Below are positions 41,836 to 52,254 of a DNA stretch of 63,937 bases, piece by piece (the stretch's first letter is position 1; every line of letters starts with the position of its first letter). The notes beneath the pieces are model-generated. The model worked only from the letters and a program-made list of their open reading frames with translations, searched no databases and had not been told where the DNA came from. Where the stretch lies: positions 1 through 63,937 of the forward strand of contig CAZTEW010000002.1 in the NCBI GenBank assembly GCA_964612215.1, read 5' to 3'. The position numbers and the translations under genes are program-made. Origin of the DNA: an uncultured Gammaproteobacteria bacterium (GTDB taxonomy: Bacteria > Patescibacteriota > Microgenomatia > CAZTEW01).

Positions 41836-43286
41836 CTTTTCACTGCTCCTTTCACTAAACCAACGGCCTCAATTAATTTTGGTTTAGCCAAAAACCACAT
41901 GACAGTTAAGTAAATTATAGCACCGCCGAGCATTAAAGCGGCGATTCCCCATAAGCTGATTGCCAGCTGCGGCCCCAGCCAATAAAGCACTCCGGCCATG
42001 AATAAAGCACCCAAAAACGGTTTGCCTACATTTTCCCAAAGGGAAAAATCCGTCAACTGACGGACCAACCGGATCGGTAAAATGACTGTCGTCGCTACCA
42101 AAAGCGCGGCTAGGGCCACGCCGTGAAAACCAAAATACTTAATCGCCACTAGAGTGAAAAGCCAAGTTAAACCTGTCCATAAAATCATTAACTGCAAAGT
42201 TTTTTTAATCCGGCCGGTAGCATTAAGAACATTGGTTAAGGTCGTCGAAACGCAAGCCAGGGCGGCTTGGCCGCAGAAAAAATAAAGCGACCATAAGGCC
42301 GGCTGCCATTTCAGGTAGCGGGGCAGAGTTTCGGTCAGCGGCCGGGCTAAAATCACCAAACCGGCCAAAGTGGGAAAAGTCAGGAAACAGACACTGAAAA
42401 GCGCTTTTTCAATACCGGCTCGCAGTGCCTGAAGGTTATCCTGAATCCGGGAGTAAGCCGGAAAAGTAACTTTGGTAACACTGTCCATGATAAAGCGTAA
42501 GGGTAGGTTCGCCCACTTCTGAGCCCAGCCGATAAAACCTACTTGGCTGAAAGCTAAAATTTTGCCTAAAAAAACTGTCAATAAGTCGTCTTTCGCTAAA
42601 GCCAGCAGACTATTGGCCTGAAAAGGCAGGCCGAAAGCCAGCAAGCGCTTGATGCTCCCAGCCGCCAAAGCGAAGCCTGGCCGCCAGGGCGAAATTAAAT
42701 ACATTAAAATCAAACCTGAAAAACCGCGCACTAAAACTGCCCAGGTAAAACTGGCGATACCGCTACCCTGCCAGGCCAGAGTCACTGCCACCAAGTTAAA
42801 AAGAACTGTTTCCGCAATTTGCGGAATGATTAAGCGGTTAAAATCAAGTTTTCTTTCCAATAAAACCGACGGGATCGTTTTCAGCGATGACAGGAAAAAT
42901 GACAAAACCAGGGCCCGAAACAGCCACAACCCTTCCGGGCTTAATTGATAGAACCTGGCCACCCAGGCTGAACCCAGCAGCGCCACAATCACCAGGAAAA
43001 TGACCAGAATTTGTTGAATAGTAAAGGTTGTTTTCAAATCCTCATCGGTCACTTTTTCTTTTTTCTGGATTAAAGCCGCAGCTAGGCCAATGTCTGAAAA
43101 ATAATTCAAGAAGTTGACAGCGGCTGTCACTACGAAAAAAACGCCAAAAACTTCTGGCGCCAGAAAAACGGTCAGTAAAAACATGGAGAAAAAATTCACA
43201 ATCTGCAGGAAAATCGTCCGCGAAGTCAAAGCGACCACGCCCCGCACCGACCGCTCCTTCACCACCCCCAAATCCATCTCATCCAT
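41832..43286 (-). CDS. wzx: Wzx-like oligosaccharide flippase (MOP superfamily, Polysacc_synt)
   Basis: 484 aa with about 12-14 TM helices. The N-terminus VRGVVALTSRTIFLQIVNFFSMFLLTVFLAPEVFGVF is typical of polysaccharide biosynthesis/export proteins. Confidence 0.7.
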   Translation of the reverse strand: MDEMDLGVVKERSVRGVVALTSRTIFLQIVNFFSMFLLTVFLAPEVFGVFFVVTAAVNFLNYFSDIGLAAALIQKKEKVTDEDLKTTFTIQQILVIFLVIVALLGSAWVARFYQLSPEGLWLFRALVLSFFLSSLKTIPSVLLERKLDFNRLIIPQIAETVLFNLVAVTLAWQGSGIASFTWAVLVRGFSGLILMYLISPWRPGFALAAGSIKRLLAFGLPFQANSLLALAKDDLLTVFLGKILAFSQVGFIGWAQKWANLPLRFIMDSVTKVTFPAYSRIQDNLQALRAGIEKALFSVCFLTFPTLAGLVILARPLTETLPRYLKWQPALWSLYFFCGQAALACVSTTLTNVLNATGRIKKTLQLMILWTGLTWLFTLVAIKYFGFHGVALAALLVATTVILPIRLVRQLTDFSLWENVGKPFLGALFMAGVLYWLGPQLAISLWGIAALMLGGAIIYLTVMWFLAKPKLIEAVGLVKGAVKR

Positions 43287-44904
43287 AAGAATATCTTAGC
43301 ATAAAAAAAGCCAAGCCTAGCCAGGTTATTAGGCTAATCAGATTGGCCAGAGTTCTGATGGGCGTATTGGTAAAGCGCAGGTTCACTTGGTGCCGGCCAG
43401 CGGGCAGAGAAAGTTTGATTTTGCCGGCTTGGATTTGCGGCTCTTGTTCCTGGCCATCCATCCAGAGCCGCCAGCCGGGAAAATAGGCGGTGTTAATTAA
43501 AATTTCTCCGCCGGTTGGCGGATTGGCAGTAACCTCGAAGTTCAGTCGATGTGATTTAGAAATCAAATCGCTAATCGCCACTTCACCTGCCAAGACTACC
43601 ACCTTTTTCCAAGCCGCCTCATCCCGGTTGGTTGACACGGGAAAATCACGCGGCAGATATTCGTCAGAAATTCTCGAGGTCGTCCATTTAATATTTTCTT
43701 CATTGACATATTCGGCAACGCCAAAAGACAACATCCTTTCTGGCTGAAAAAATTTGGCGTTCAAAGTCAAAAGAATCAAAATCACCAAACCAACGCCCAG
43801 TTTTCCTCGCCAGCCTTGCTGGTTTAACCACCAAGCGGCGCTGCCGGCTAAAAACGAGCTGGCGGCCGTCGCCAAAACCAAAAACCGCCAAGGATATTGA
43901 ATAAAAGACATCAGCGGCGCTAATTGCCAGATAAAAGCGGAAAAGCGGCTCATTAGGAAAACAGCGAAAATTAATATTCCTAGGGTGACACCGATCGCCC
44001 GCTGCTGAAATTTAGTCTTAAGACAAATCAACGCTGCCACCCCAGCCATAATTAAGTGAAGTTTGCCAATCATCAAGCTCATCCCATCCCAGGGTCCGGG
44101 GGCGGAACCAGCAAAACCCCAAGGGCTATCCCAAAGCTGGCGTAGATAAACAAAATGCTCTCGCCAATCTGCGCCGGCGCCAATCTGGCTAAAAACCTGA
44201 GTCAATTTCATTTCTGTTAAGGCTGGCAACCAGTAAAAGGCGCTGGTTCCCAGCGCCAGAATTATGAATTTAGAATTATGAATTATGAATTGTCTTTTTT
44301 CTTGACTAAAGTAATAAAATATTAAAATAATAATGAATAAAAATATCGTCAGCATTAAAGCCGTTAAATTGTGAGAAAGAATCACGGCCGCATAAGCCAG
44401 GCCGCTGATGATCCACGAACGCCGCTTGAGACCGTAAAAAACCAAAGGCAGCCAGGCCATCGCCCAAAACTCACCGACGGCGCCCCGGACATAAATGTCC
44501 ACCGCATGATAAGGCGCGTACAGATAGAAAAGAGCGGCCACTATTCCACCGATTACTCCCCAGAATTCGCGAGCCAGTAAGAACATGGTTATCCCAGCCA
44601 GCAAGACACCGACCAGCATCATCATCTTTGTCGCTAATAAGGCGTTAAAGCCCAGAAGACATAGTCCGCCGCCAAAATAATAAGCCAGAGGCGCGTAGAA
44701 ATTAAAAATCGAATAGCCGTAACCATAACCCAAATCCGCCAGCTGGCGGACCGGAAACTGGCCGTCGCGCAGCGCCTCTCCCATTTGCTGAACCCGAACC
44801 ACTTGAGTATCGTCGTGAATCGGAAAAAAGCCATTAACCAGCAGCGGCCTGACTGCCCCAAGAGAAAGAATTAAAACAACTAATAACGGCCAAATTTTTT
44901 TCAT
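43279..44904 (-). CDS. Family A polytopic membrane protein, putative GT-C glycosyltransferase
   Basis: 541 aa. IHDDTQVVRV, AFYWLPAL and AYFPGWRLWM motifs, plus a C-terminal TM anchor. Confidence 0.7.
   Translation of the reverse strand: MKKIWPLLVVLILSLGAVRPLLVNGFFPIHDDTQVVRVQQMGEALRDGQFPVRQLADLGYGYGYSIFNFYAPLAYYFGGGLCLLGFNALLATKMMMLVGVLLAGITMFLLAREFWGVIGGIVAALFYLYAPYHAVDIYVRGAVGEFWAMAWLPLVFYGLKRRSWIISGLAYAAVILSHNLTALMLTIFLFIIILIFYYFSQEKRQFIIHNSKFIILALGTSAFYWLPALTEMKLTQVFSQIGAGADWREHFVYLRQLWDSPWGFAGSAPGPWDGMSLMIGKLHLIMAGVAALICLKTKFQQRAIGVTLGILIFAVFLMSRFSAFIWQLAPLMSFIQYPWRFLVLATAASSFLAGSAAWWLNQQGWRGKLGVGLVILILLTLNAKFFQPERMLSFGVAEYVNEENIKWTTSRISDEYLPRDFPVSTNRDEAAWKKVVVLAGEVAISDLISKSHRLNFEVTANPPTGGEILINTAYFPGWRLWMDGQEQEPQIQAGKIKLSLPAGRHQVNLRFTNTPIRTLANLISLITWLGLAFFMLRYSYG
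44257..44290. repeat. Period-7 repeat block containing the 28-nt string CAGAATTATGAATTTAGAATTATGAATT
   Basis: Identical block to 31577-31610. Encodes FIIHNSKFIIL. Confidence 0.85.
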
Positions 44905-46514
44905 TTTTTCAAAAGAAAGAGAACCACTAAAACGCTGATTAAGGAAACTAGGTCGGCCAAAAGACGCAATGGCGTTTCCTTAAAGACAGCCATCACTGAA
45001 TATTGACCGCCGGGCAGAGAAAAATCAATTAAGCCGGCTTGCTCATAATCAATCGGCTGGCGTTGACCGTCCCAGCCAGAGGCTGGTCCGCCTTTGGCGG
45101 AAATCACTAACTTCCAACCGGGAAAATAATGAGTGTTGAGGCGTAATCGGCTCGGCGCTGATAAGTCGGCCCGGAAAGCAACCCGGCGCGAATTAATGTC
45201 CAAGTCACTGATTTCACCGCTACCAGCAATAATTTCTACTTTTTGTTTAGCCCGCTTGTCCGGCATTTCTTTTACCCAAATGGGCGTGTATTCGGCGCCG
45301 ACGGTAGTCGTGTCTTCATTGGTCGTATAAAACCCAAGAGGTTGATTACTAAAATAAGCCGGTCGAGCGTATTGCCAGCCTTGCCAAACTAAAACTAGCG
45401 CCAAAATAATTACCAGGCCTTTTTGCCAGCGCCGGCTTGCTTGAGAAACTAAAAAACCGCCTAAGACTGAAGCAATAAAAGTGGTGAGCGCCAATAACCG
45501 CCAAGGGAACTGGATAAGATTGTAAACTGGAAAAAGCCGCCAAAGCCACCAAGACGGCGCTAACATCAGAAAAAAAGCCAGCCAAAAAGCAGAAACCCAG
45601 AATTTTAATTTTCGCCACCAAAATAAGCTGAGAGCGGCTACGGCTAAACTTAAAAGGCCGACTTGAAAAGAAATCCCATCTTCAAGAGAAAGGGGCAGAG
45701 ACGGACCATAGCCCCAAGAAGGTAATAATAATTGCTTTAAGCTCGGAAAGTGAAGAAAAAAATTACTGATCCTGGTCTGGCGGAAAAAAGTAAATTGCTG
45801 ATCCCAAAGAGCCGGCAACCAGAAAAAGCAACTCAAACCCAAACCCAATAAGATAGCGGCAGTCACTCTCTTGGCGGTAGGACTCCTCCGAGGTGGCCCG
45901 CCGACGAGGCGGGACTCCTCGGAGGTGGACGGCAAGAAAAGCCACCCCACCAGCAGGCCGCTAAAAAGCATCGCCATCGTATTATGCGACATTATTAGGC
46001 CGGCAAAAGCCAACCCAGCGACGATTTGATTTTGGCGAGATGGCTTCTCAATCTGCCAAAAGAGGAGAGGAGGGAAAACAAAAGCCAGGGCCTCGCCTAG
46101 TGAGCCGCGAACATAAACATCAACCAAGCGGTAGGGCGCGTAAACATAAAGCAAAGCGGCCATTAAACCAGCCAGTCTTCCCCACTTTTCCTTAAGCCAA
46201 AGGTACATGAAAATTCCAGACAAGAAAAAGCTAAGAATAAAAACCGCTTTTATCGCTTGGACAAAATCAAAGCCAATCAGATGAAAAAATTCCCCTAAAT
46301 AAAGCGGGAGCGGATAAAGAAAATTAAAAACCGGATAACCAAACTGGTGATTGAGACGGGCGGCCCAGCGCACCGGAATCTGGCCGGAAACAAAACTGCG
46401 GTGAAAATCAGAAAGCCTGACCACCATCCATTCGCCGTCGTGCGAAGGGAAAAAGCCGGGCGGCAGCAAAGAAAACACTAGCGGCAGCATTAAAAACAAA
46501 AGAAGCATTATCAT
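44901..46514 (-). CDS. Family A polytopic membrane protein, putative GT-C glycosyltransferase
   Basis: 537 aa. SHDGEWMVVRL, CFFWLPAL and HYFPGWKLVI motifs. Confidence 0.7.
   Translation of the reverse strand: MIMLLLFLMLPLVFSLLPPGFFPSHDGEWMVVRLSDFHRSFVSGQIPVRWAARLNHQFGYPVFNFLYPLPLYLGEFFHLIGFDFVQAIKAVFILSFFLSGIFMYLWLKEKWGRLAGLMAALLYVYAPYRLVDVYVRGSLGEALAFVFPPLLFWQIEKPSRQNQIVAGLAFAGLIMSHNTMAMLFSGLLVGWLFLPSTSEESRLVGGPPRRSPTAKRVTAAILLGLGLSCFFWLPALWDQQFTFFRQTRISNFFLHFPSLKQLLLPSWGYGPSLPLSLEDGISFQVGLLSLAVAALSLFWWRKLKFWVSAFWLAFFLMLAPSWWLWRLFPVYNLIQFPWRLLALTTFIASVLGGFLVSQASRRWQKGLVIILALVLVWQGWQYARPAYFSNQPLGFYTTNEDTTTVGAEYTPIWVKEMPDKRAKQKVEIIAGSGEISDLDINSRRVAFRADLSAPSRLRLNTHYFPGWKLVISAKGGPASGWDGQRQPIDYEQAGLIDFSLPGGQYSVMAVFKETPLRLLADLVSLISVLVVLFLLKK
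45076..45100. repeat. Type-3 palindromic micro-insertion (KGGPASGW cassette)
   Basis: CCAGAGGCTGGTCCGCCTTTGGCGG. Encodes SAKGGPASGW. Confidence 0.8.
45882..45927. repeat. Type-1 palindromic element (46-nt canonical form) in frame
   Basis: Identical to 41500-41545. Translated here as PSTSEESRLVGGPPRRS, a different frame from the GT2 copy. Confidence 0.9.
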
Positions 46515-48013
46515 GGCTTCACCTGATAAAGCCTTAACGAATAAGGTCTCTGAATCTTAGGATATTCAGCCACTAATTCCAAAGGCCACTCCTTGGGAAT
46601 ATCTCGCGTTTCATTAAAAACAAAATAAACCGGCCTCAACGCTGCTTTATCAATCAATTCTTGATTAATCTCATTAACTGGCCAATAACTTTTAATTTCA
46701 ACATTGTCATTATCCCAAAGATAAAGCTCGATCGAAGCTGGAAACATGCCAAAAGTGCCTTCAGTCGCCACCAAGATTGGTTGCTTCGCTGCCTTTGTTT
46801 CTAAAAGAACAATCATTTCTTTAATGCCGATACCTGATGGCCAGCTGGTGACGTATTGGCTTTTATCGCTGAAAGTAATTGGGGCCTGGGGCGGATTAAA
46901 AAGAATTTGATAATTAAAATATAGAATAAAGGCAAAAATCAAAATGCAAAATGCAAAAACCAAGAATCGTTTCGCCAGTCTCTGCGCTAGGCGATTAAAA
47001 GAATAAGCTGCCAGGATTAACAGAGGTAAAGTCATAAAAAAAATAAACCGAGGATAAAGAACCCTGCCAAAAAGAGCTAGAGCCGTAAAGGATGCCAAAA
47101 ACCAGCCGAAAAGCAACAGTCTTTCTTTTAAATATTTTTTCCAAAAAAATGAGCTGAAAACTAAAAGCAGCCAAGGCCAGGTCAAATATCTTCTAAGCCA
47201 ATCAAGCTCGCCCTTCAGATTGCCCCAGAGAAAAGTAAGCGGATGCTCAAGCCAATCTTTAAAGGGATAAACAAAAGTGGTGTCTTTCTGACTAATCATA
47301 TTGAAAAGCGGCGACAGCCGCAGGACCAGGTAAAAAAGCTGGGAAATAAAAACCGCCAAAACGGTTAAGCCAAGCCAAGCCAATAAGCGCCAGCGTTGAT
47401 TTTTTCTCCGCCAATCAAAAAGAATTAGGGTCAGGGGTAAAAAATAAATGCTTAGAAAACCAGAGGTTTTCGTTAAAACACCGCCGCCTAAGGCAAAACC
47501 CAAAATCAAGGCAATGTCTAGACGGAGAGTTTTGACCAATAACACGGCAAGTAATAAACTTAACAGTGAAAAAGTCCCGACTAAGCTGTCCATTAAAGCC
47601 ATTCGATCGTAAATCATGGCAAAGGGATAAAGAAGATAAAAGAACGAGGCCAGAAAGCTGACTTTCTTGTTTTTGAAAAAAACCCAGGCCAGCCACCAAG
47701 TCGTCACCATGCTTACCAAACCAGCCCCGACTGAAACCAAGCGGCCGGCGACCAAAGGGTCGGCAACAAGCTTCATCATCACCATGGTTAACCAAACAAA
47801 AAGAGGCTGTTTGCCGTCAGTCAGAGAAATAAACCGCCAGGAAGCGTCATTTTTAGCAATCTGAGCCCAGCGCAAATAAATCGCTTCATCAGTAAAAATA
47901 GGAATGATGGTGAGATTAATTAGCCGGATAATTAAAAAACCAAATAATAAAAGAAGAGCGGTTAAAATATCTTTGCGATTAAATCTCGGCCAAGCCATAT
48001 AAAGACAAGCCAT
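46511..48013 (-). CDS. ArnT-like (GT83-type) GT-C membrane glycosyltransferase
   Basis: The PIFTDEAIYLRWAQ...DGKQPLFVWL loop is typical of ArnT-like enzymes. I trimmed the ORF-track start (48319) to the ATG at 48013, because the longer form overlaps the upstream gene by 283 nt and that extension has no TM or family character. Confidence 0.65.
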   Translation of the reverse strand: MACLYMAWPRFNRKDILTALLLLFGFLIIRLINLTIIPIFTDEAIYLRWAQIAKNDASWRFISLTDGKQPLFVWLTMVMMKLVADPLVAGRLVSVGAGLVSMVTTWWLAWVFFKNKKVSFLASFFYLLYPFAMIYDRMALMDSLVGTFSLLSLLLAVLLVKTLRLDIALILGFALGGGVLTKTSGFLSIYFLPLTLILFDWRRKNQRWRLLAWLGLTVLAVFISQLFYLVLRLSPLFNMISQKDTTFVYPFKDWLEHPLTFLWGNLKGELDWLRRYLTWPWLLLVFSSFFWKKYLKERLLLFGWFLASFTALALFGRVLYPRFIFFMTLPLLILAAYSFNRLAQRLAKRFLVFAFCILIFAFILYFNYQILFNPPQAPITFSDKSQYVTSWPSGIGIKEMIVLLETKAAKQPILVATEGTFGMFPASIELYLWDNDNVEIKSYWPVNEINQELIDKAALRPVYFVFNETRDIPKEWPLELVAEYPKIQRPYSLRLYQVKP

Positions 48014-48036
48014 ATAAAGAATAGTATACCCAAGTT

Positions 48037-49194
48037 TTAAGAAGAAGTAAAAAACAACCAGGCGGTGAGGAGACCGAAACCGAAAGAGATAATGTTGAGG
48101 TTGGTTTTGATTTCTGGCACCGGTGGATTCCAATGGCCGAGATAAAAGAAAGGCGCGTAGTGTAAAAGTAGACCAATGGACAAAGCCATCATCGGCCAAA
48201 ACAGCCAGCGGCGCTGGCGGAGAAAAACCAGAAAAGGAAAGAGATATAACCAATACCAAGGCTGCATATTGGTTCTTCTGATTGCCAATAAAACCGCCAC
48301 CGCCATTAACCCAAAACAAGCTATCCAGATCTGATCATATTTAACTTTTTTCTTTTGCCATTGCTGAAAAGTTAACCAGAGAAACACCGGTGCCAACAAA
48401 GCAGTCGCGAATTTAATACCAATCGACAAAAACAACATTAACCAGCTTAAACCTGGCTTCTTTTCCAAGAAAAACCAAAACCCAGCTAAAATAAACATCA
48501 TCATCAAAAGATCATTATGACCAGAAACCAAGGCTTCAATAATCAGCAAAGGTTGAAAAGCAAAAAGGCCAAGAGCGAAAAGGGGCTGTTTTGTTTTCAG
48601 GCGAACAAGAATTTTTTCTAAAAACCAGCAGCTCCCTAGATAGCTGGCCACGGCTAAGGCTTTAAATAAAATCAGCGTCGGCAGCAGTTTTTGCCAACCC
48701 AAGAAAGATAAAGGTAAGCTTAATAACAGCCAAAATGGACCATAAGGATAATAAACATGAGTCCAGTGCATAAAACCCAACATGGGATCACCAGGAAAAT
48801 CTAAAGGTCGTTTAATGTACGGACTTTGCTGATAATAAGTAATAATCTTCGCCCAGAAAACATAATTAAACAGATCATAAGAAAAAGCATTGTAGGCTAG
48901 CCACAAAATACCGGCCGTCAGAAAAATCAAGCGCCAAACCTGCCGACGGTCTAATTTTCTCCTCTGAATCGTCCTTAACATTAGGCAGTAAAAAGTAAAA
49001 AGAGAAATCAAAATTCCCAGATAAAGTCCGGTTGATAATGGCCTTTGAAAATAGCCAATCTGCTGAAACACTTTCTGGGTCGTTTGCCACCAAGAAGCCC
49101 GGGTTAAAGTTAAACCCAAATCTATCTGGACGAAAGAGTAAAAAAAGAGAGCAATAATCGTCGCCAGCCAACCGATAATAATCATTGATAGCAA
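48037..49194 (-). CDS. GT87/DUF2029-like membrane glycosyltransferase (paralogue of 10975)
   Basis: 385 aa. YPYGPFWLLLSLP and GHNDLLMMMFILAGFWFFLEKK motifs. Confidence 0.6.
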   Translation of the reverse strand: MLSMIIIGWLATIIALFFYSFVQIDLGLTLTRASWWQTTQKVFQQIGYFQRPLSTGLYLGILISLFTFYCLMLRTIQRRKLDRRQVWRLIFLTAGILWLAYNAFSYDLFNYVFWAKIITYYQQSPYIKRPLDFPGDPMLGFMHWTHVYYPYGPFWLLLSLPLSFLGWQKLLPTLILFKALAVASYLGSCWFLEKILVRLKTKQPLFALGLFAFQPLLIIEALVSGHNDLLMMMFILAGFWFFLEKKPGLSWLMLFLSIGIKFATALLAPVFLWLTFQQWQKKKVKYDQIWIACFGLMAVAVLLAIRRTNMQPWYWLYLFPFLVFLRQRRWLFWPMMALSIGLLLHYAPFFYLGHWNPPVPEIKTNLNIISFGFGLLTAWLFFTSS

Positions 49195-49940
49195 CCTAAT
49201 AAATCATTTAATTTTACCCGGAGAATTTCCTGCAGCATTTCTTTTGATTCTTTGAAAAACTTTCTTTTTTTACCACTGGCGACATCCCGATCTTGCCAAT
49301 CAACAATCACTTCTTTGATTTTATAGCCTCGCTTCTGAGCCAGAAAAAGCAGTTCGACGTCAAAAGCGCTCACTCGCCAGCCTTTGGTTTTGGTCGCTTT
49401 CTGGAAAATTAAAAGCCGGCTAAAAAGTTCTTGAGCGATTTTGGTTTTGAAAGCTTTAAAGCCGCATTGGGTATCAGTCAAATTGCGCAGCAAAAAAGTT
49501 TGTCTGAAAACCCGAAAACCATGACTGACCAAAAGTCGAAAAAAAGAAAACCCTTCTCTTTTCTGGCCGCGCGAGCCGATGACGATATCAAAACCTTTTT
49601 TAAAAAATGGCAGCAGCTTCGCTATTTCTTTGATTGGCGCTGATTGGTCCATGTCCGCAAAAAGAACGATTTCGCCTTGAGCCGCGGTGACGCCGGCCCG
49701 AATGGCAAAAGCCTTGCCGGCGTGATGATTTTCTAAAAGCCGGAACCGCCGGTGATCTGTCAGGTATTTTTTCACCAACGCCAGACTACCATCACTCGAG
49801 CCGTCATCACTGATAATCACTTCGCTGGCGTATTTTTGTTGGACCAAATAACCCTCAATCTGCTCTAAGACGCCGCGCTCCAAATTCTCTTTTTCGTTAT
49901 AGCAGGGAACCACCACCGAAAGATAGATTTTTTCAGACAT
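49182..49940 (-). CDS. GT2 polyprenyl-phosphate glycosyltransferase (DPM1/GtrB-like)
   Basis: 252 aa. LSVVVPCYNEKENL, VIISDDGSSDGS and FADMDQS motifs. Confidence 0.75.
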   Translation of the reverse strand: MSEKIYLSVVVPCYNEKENLERGVLEQIEGYLVQQKYASEVIISDDGSSDGSLALVKKYLTDHRRFRLLENHHAGKAFAIRAGVTAAQGEIVLFADMDQSAPIKEIAKLLPFFKKGFDIVIGSRGQKREGFSFFRLLVSHGFRVFRQTFLLRNLTDTQCGFKAFKTKIAQELFSRLLIFQKATKTKGWRVSAFDVELLFLAQKRGYKIKEVIVDWQDRDVASGKKRKFFKESKEMLQEILRVKLNDLLGCYQ

Positions 49941-52227
49941 ATTTCTTTTTAATTCTACACCAAGCAGCGGTTAAGAGCCAAACTCCCAGGCTGATGGCTG
50001 ACAAATAAAGTCCGATTTGAAAAGACAGGGGTTGGTAATGAAATTCTATTTCGTGTTCTCCAGGTGCTATCGCCACGGCCCGTAAGGCATGGTTGGCGCG
50101 TCGAATCGGCACTGTTTGGCCATCCACACGGGCACGCCAGCCAGGATAATCAGCGTCTGTTAAAACTAGCAAGCCCGGACCGTTACTTTTGGTTTGAAGC
50201 CTGATTCGCTGCGATTCTCCGCTGATAATTTCCGTTTGGCCGCGGCTAAATTCCTGATCTTCACTCTCACCAGCCAAAATCACTTGGCTTCCCGGGTTAA
50301 AATCCGGTGAATTAAAAATCTCTTCAAATTCGGTCTGGTCAGCAACATAATAGACTTTTGTCGCTAAGAAGGCTCGGTCAGCTGCTTTTTTGTTTTCATA
50401 AATTCGCCAGCCGTCTTTTTGGTAAATTAAAGGGTAGTCTTCTGGTAAAAAAGTAGTTTCGTCAGTATCATTTTCTATTCGGTCCAAAATATAGCGAACA
50501 TTTAACATTTTCAGTATTTTTTGCCGAGCTTGGTTCTGGGGAAAATCTTCACGGCCAAAACCAGGAGCAATATTGGCGTTGGAACGAATCGCCGGTTTAA
50601 ATTGACCGCCTTCGGATAAACGAAGATATTCACCGTACCAGCGCGGATAAAGCGGGTCATAGCCGTCAGACGAAAAAAGACCATAAATTAAGTTGTAATT
50701 AGGACTCACCGCCGCGGTGCCATAACCCCAGAAACGGCCATCTCTTTGCTTGAGAAAATTAAAGATTTCTGTTTCCGGAAAAATAAATTCCGGCGGTGAA
50801 AACGGCGTGATTTTCTGGAAAAAGCGGCCCAAGTCAAGAACCACAAAAATAATCAGCAGCCATGGCAGCAGCCAGCCGGCAAATCTGATTTTTTTGAGCA
50901 AGAGTAATCCTGCCGCCACCGCCAATACAGCACTGGAATAAAGCAAGTTTCGCTGGGTCACGCTGGCAAATTTCCCTAAAGAAAAAAGCCAGGCAGTTAA
51001 AAAAACTAAACCAATACCCAGTAAGGCATACCGCCAGCGCCTGACCGCTACTTTTTGCCACCAGTCAAAACCAAAACCGGCCAAAACCGCTAAACTGAAT
51101 TGAAAGATAAAGAGAATTCTGGTCGGTGAAAGACTGGAAAACAGCGGCCAAGAATAAAGCCAGCTTGATAACGGCGTGGCCATCGCCAATAAAAGCGTCC
51201 CGCCAGCGCTAATTAAGAAAAACTTCAAATACCAATCCTTTTTACGAAGCAGATTAATGACTGCCAATAATAACGGCAGTAGGCCGATATAAAGAACCTT
51301 GCCGATGTAAGTATCGTCAAGCAGGTAATTCCGCGTGGCCGGGTTGCCAAAATAATCAGGCACGAAAGCGTTAATTAACTGGTAGGGCCGGAGCAGGACT
51401 TTACTCATTAAAAAGTCTTTTGCCAGTGGACTGCGAGCGCTGTGAAAAATTAGTTCTAATCCCGGCAAAAGCTGAACCGCGCCTAAAAAGAAAGGCAATA
51501 ACCATAACCACACCAATCTTCGCGAACGAAGTAAATAGTAAATCAAACTAAACAACCAAACAACCGCAAAATCCTGAAAATGACCGGCTAAAAGAGAGAA
51601 GGTCAGCGACCAAACCAGCAAGCTTCCCCGCCAAAAAGAAACTTTCTCGAGCAAAAGCTCAATCGCCAGTAAAACCAAAGGCAACCACAAAATAACCTGA
51701 CCGACTGTGTTGTATTCCAACCAAACTGTCATAAAGCTGGAATAGCCAAAAGCAATTGCTGACAACAAGCTGCCGCTTAAAGAAATTTTTAGTCGACGAG
51801 CAAAAAGATAAAAGAAAAGCGAAGCTAATAATGGCTGGAGAATGACCTGAATTCCCCAGGCCAATTTAAAATCAGCCAAACCGTATAAAAAGTTTAAAGG
51901 ATAAAAAACAGCTGACTGGAAATTAGCCAGTAGCGGGGCGCCGCTGAAATTGTAAGGATTCCAAAGCGGCCATTGACCCTGCTTCAGCTGAGATATCGCC
52001 AGCCAGCGCCAAGGGTAAAGCTGGCAAAGAGTGTCAAATGATTGGGCTTTATGGGGAATGGCTCCCGCGGCAAAGCCAAAAAACGAAGATTGCCGATAGG
52101 GATTATACTCGGCTAAAAGCAGGTCGCCGGGAAAGGGCAGTTGTCCTTTCAGATAAAAAGGGCGAAAAAAGAAAAGATTAACCAGAAATAAAATCGTCAA
52201 AGCCAGAAAAACAGATTTCTTCACCAC
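49933..52227 (-). CDS. YfhO-family GT-C membrane glycosyltransferase
   Basis: 764 aa. FPGDLLLAEYNPY, WNPYNFSGAPLLANFQSAVFYPLNFL, PDYFGNP and DYPGWRARVDG motifs. Confidence 0.8.
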   Translation of the reverse strand: MVKKSVFLALTILFLVNLFFFRPFYLKGQLPFPGDLLLAEYNPYRQSSFFGFAAGAIPHKAQSFDTLCQLYPWRWLAISQLKQGQWPLWNPYNFSGAPLLANFQSAVFYPLNFLYGLADFKLAWGIQVILQPLLASLFFYLFARRLKISLSGSLLSAIAFGYSSFMTVWLEYNTVGQVILWLPLVLLAIELLLEKVSFWRGSLLVWSLTFSLLAGHFQDFAVVWLFSLIYYLLRSRRLVWLWLLPFFLGAVQLLPGLELIFHSARSPLAKDFLMSKVLLRPYQLINAFVPDYFGNPATRNYLLDDTYIGKVLYIGLLPLLLAVINLLRKKDWYLKFFLISAGGTLLLAMATPLSSWLYSWPLFSSLSPTRILFIFQFSLAVLAGFGFDWWQKVAVRRWRYALLGIGLVFLTAWLFSLGKFASVTQRNLLYSSAVLAVAAGLLLLKKIRFAGWLLPWLLIIFVVLDLGRFFQKITPFSPPEFIFPETEIFNFLKQRDGRFWGYGTAAVSPNYNLIYGLFSSDGYDPLYPRWYGEYLRLSEGGQFKPAIRSNANIAPGFGREDFPQNQARQKILKMLNVRYILDRIENDTDETTFLPEDYPLIYQKDGWRIYENKKAADRAFLATKVYYVADQTEFEEIFNSPDFNPGSQVILAGESEDQEFSRGQTEIISGESQRIRLQTKSNGPGLLVLTDADYPGWRARVDGQTVPIRRANHALRAVAIAPGEHEIEFHYQPLSFQIGLYLSAISLGVWLLTAAWCRIKKKYV

Positions 52228-52254
52228 TATTAACTATTATATAATAAAGTTAGT

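Noticed and set aside
48014-48319. The 102-aa N-terminal extension of the ORF-track call 46511-48319.
   Set aside because: It overlaps the 3' end of the well-supported GT87-like gene by 283 nt and has no TM or family character. The ATG at 48013 leaves a 23-nt spacer and precedes the first TM helix and the DEAxY loop.
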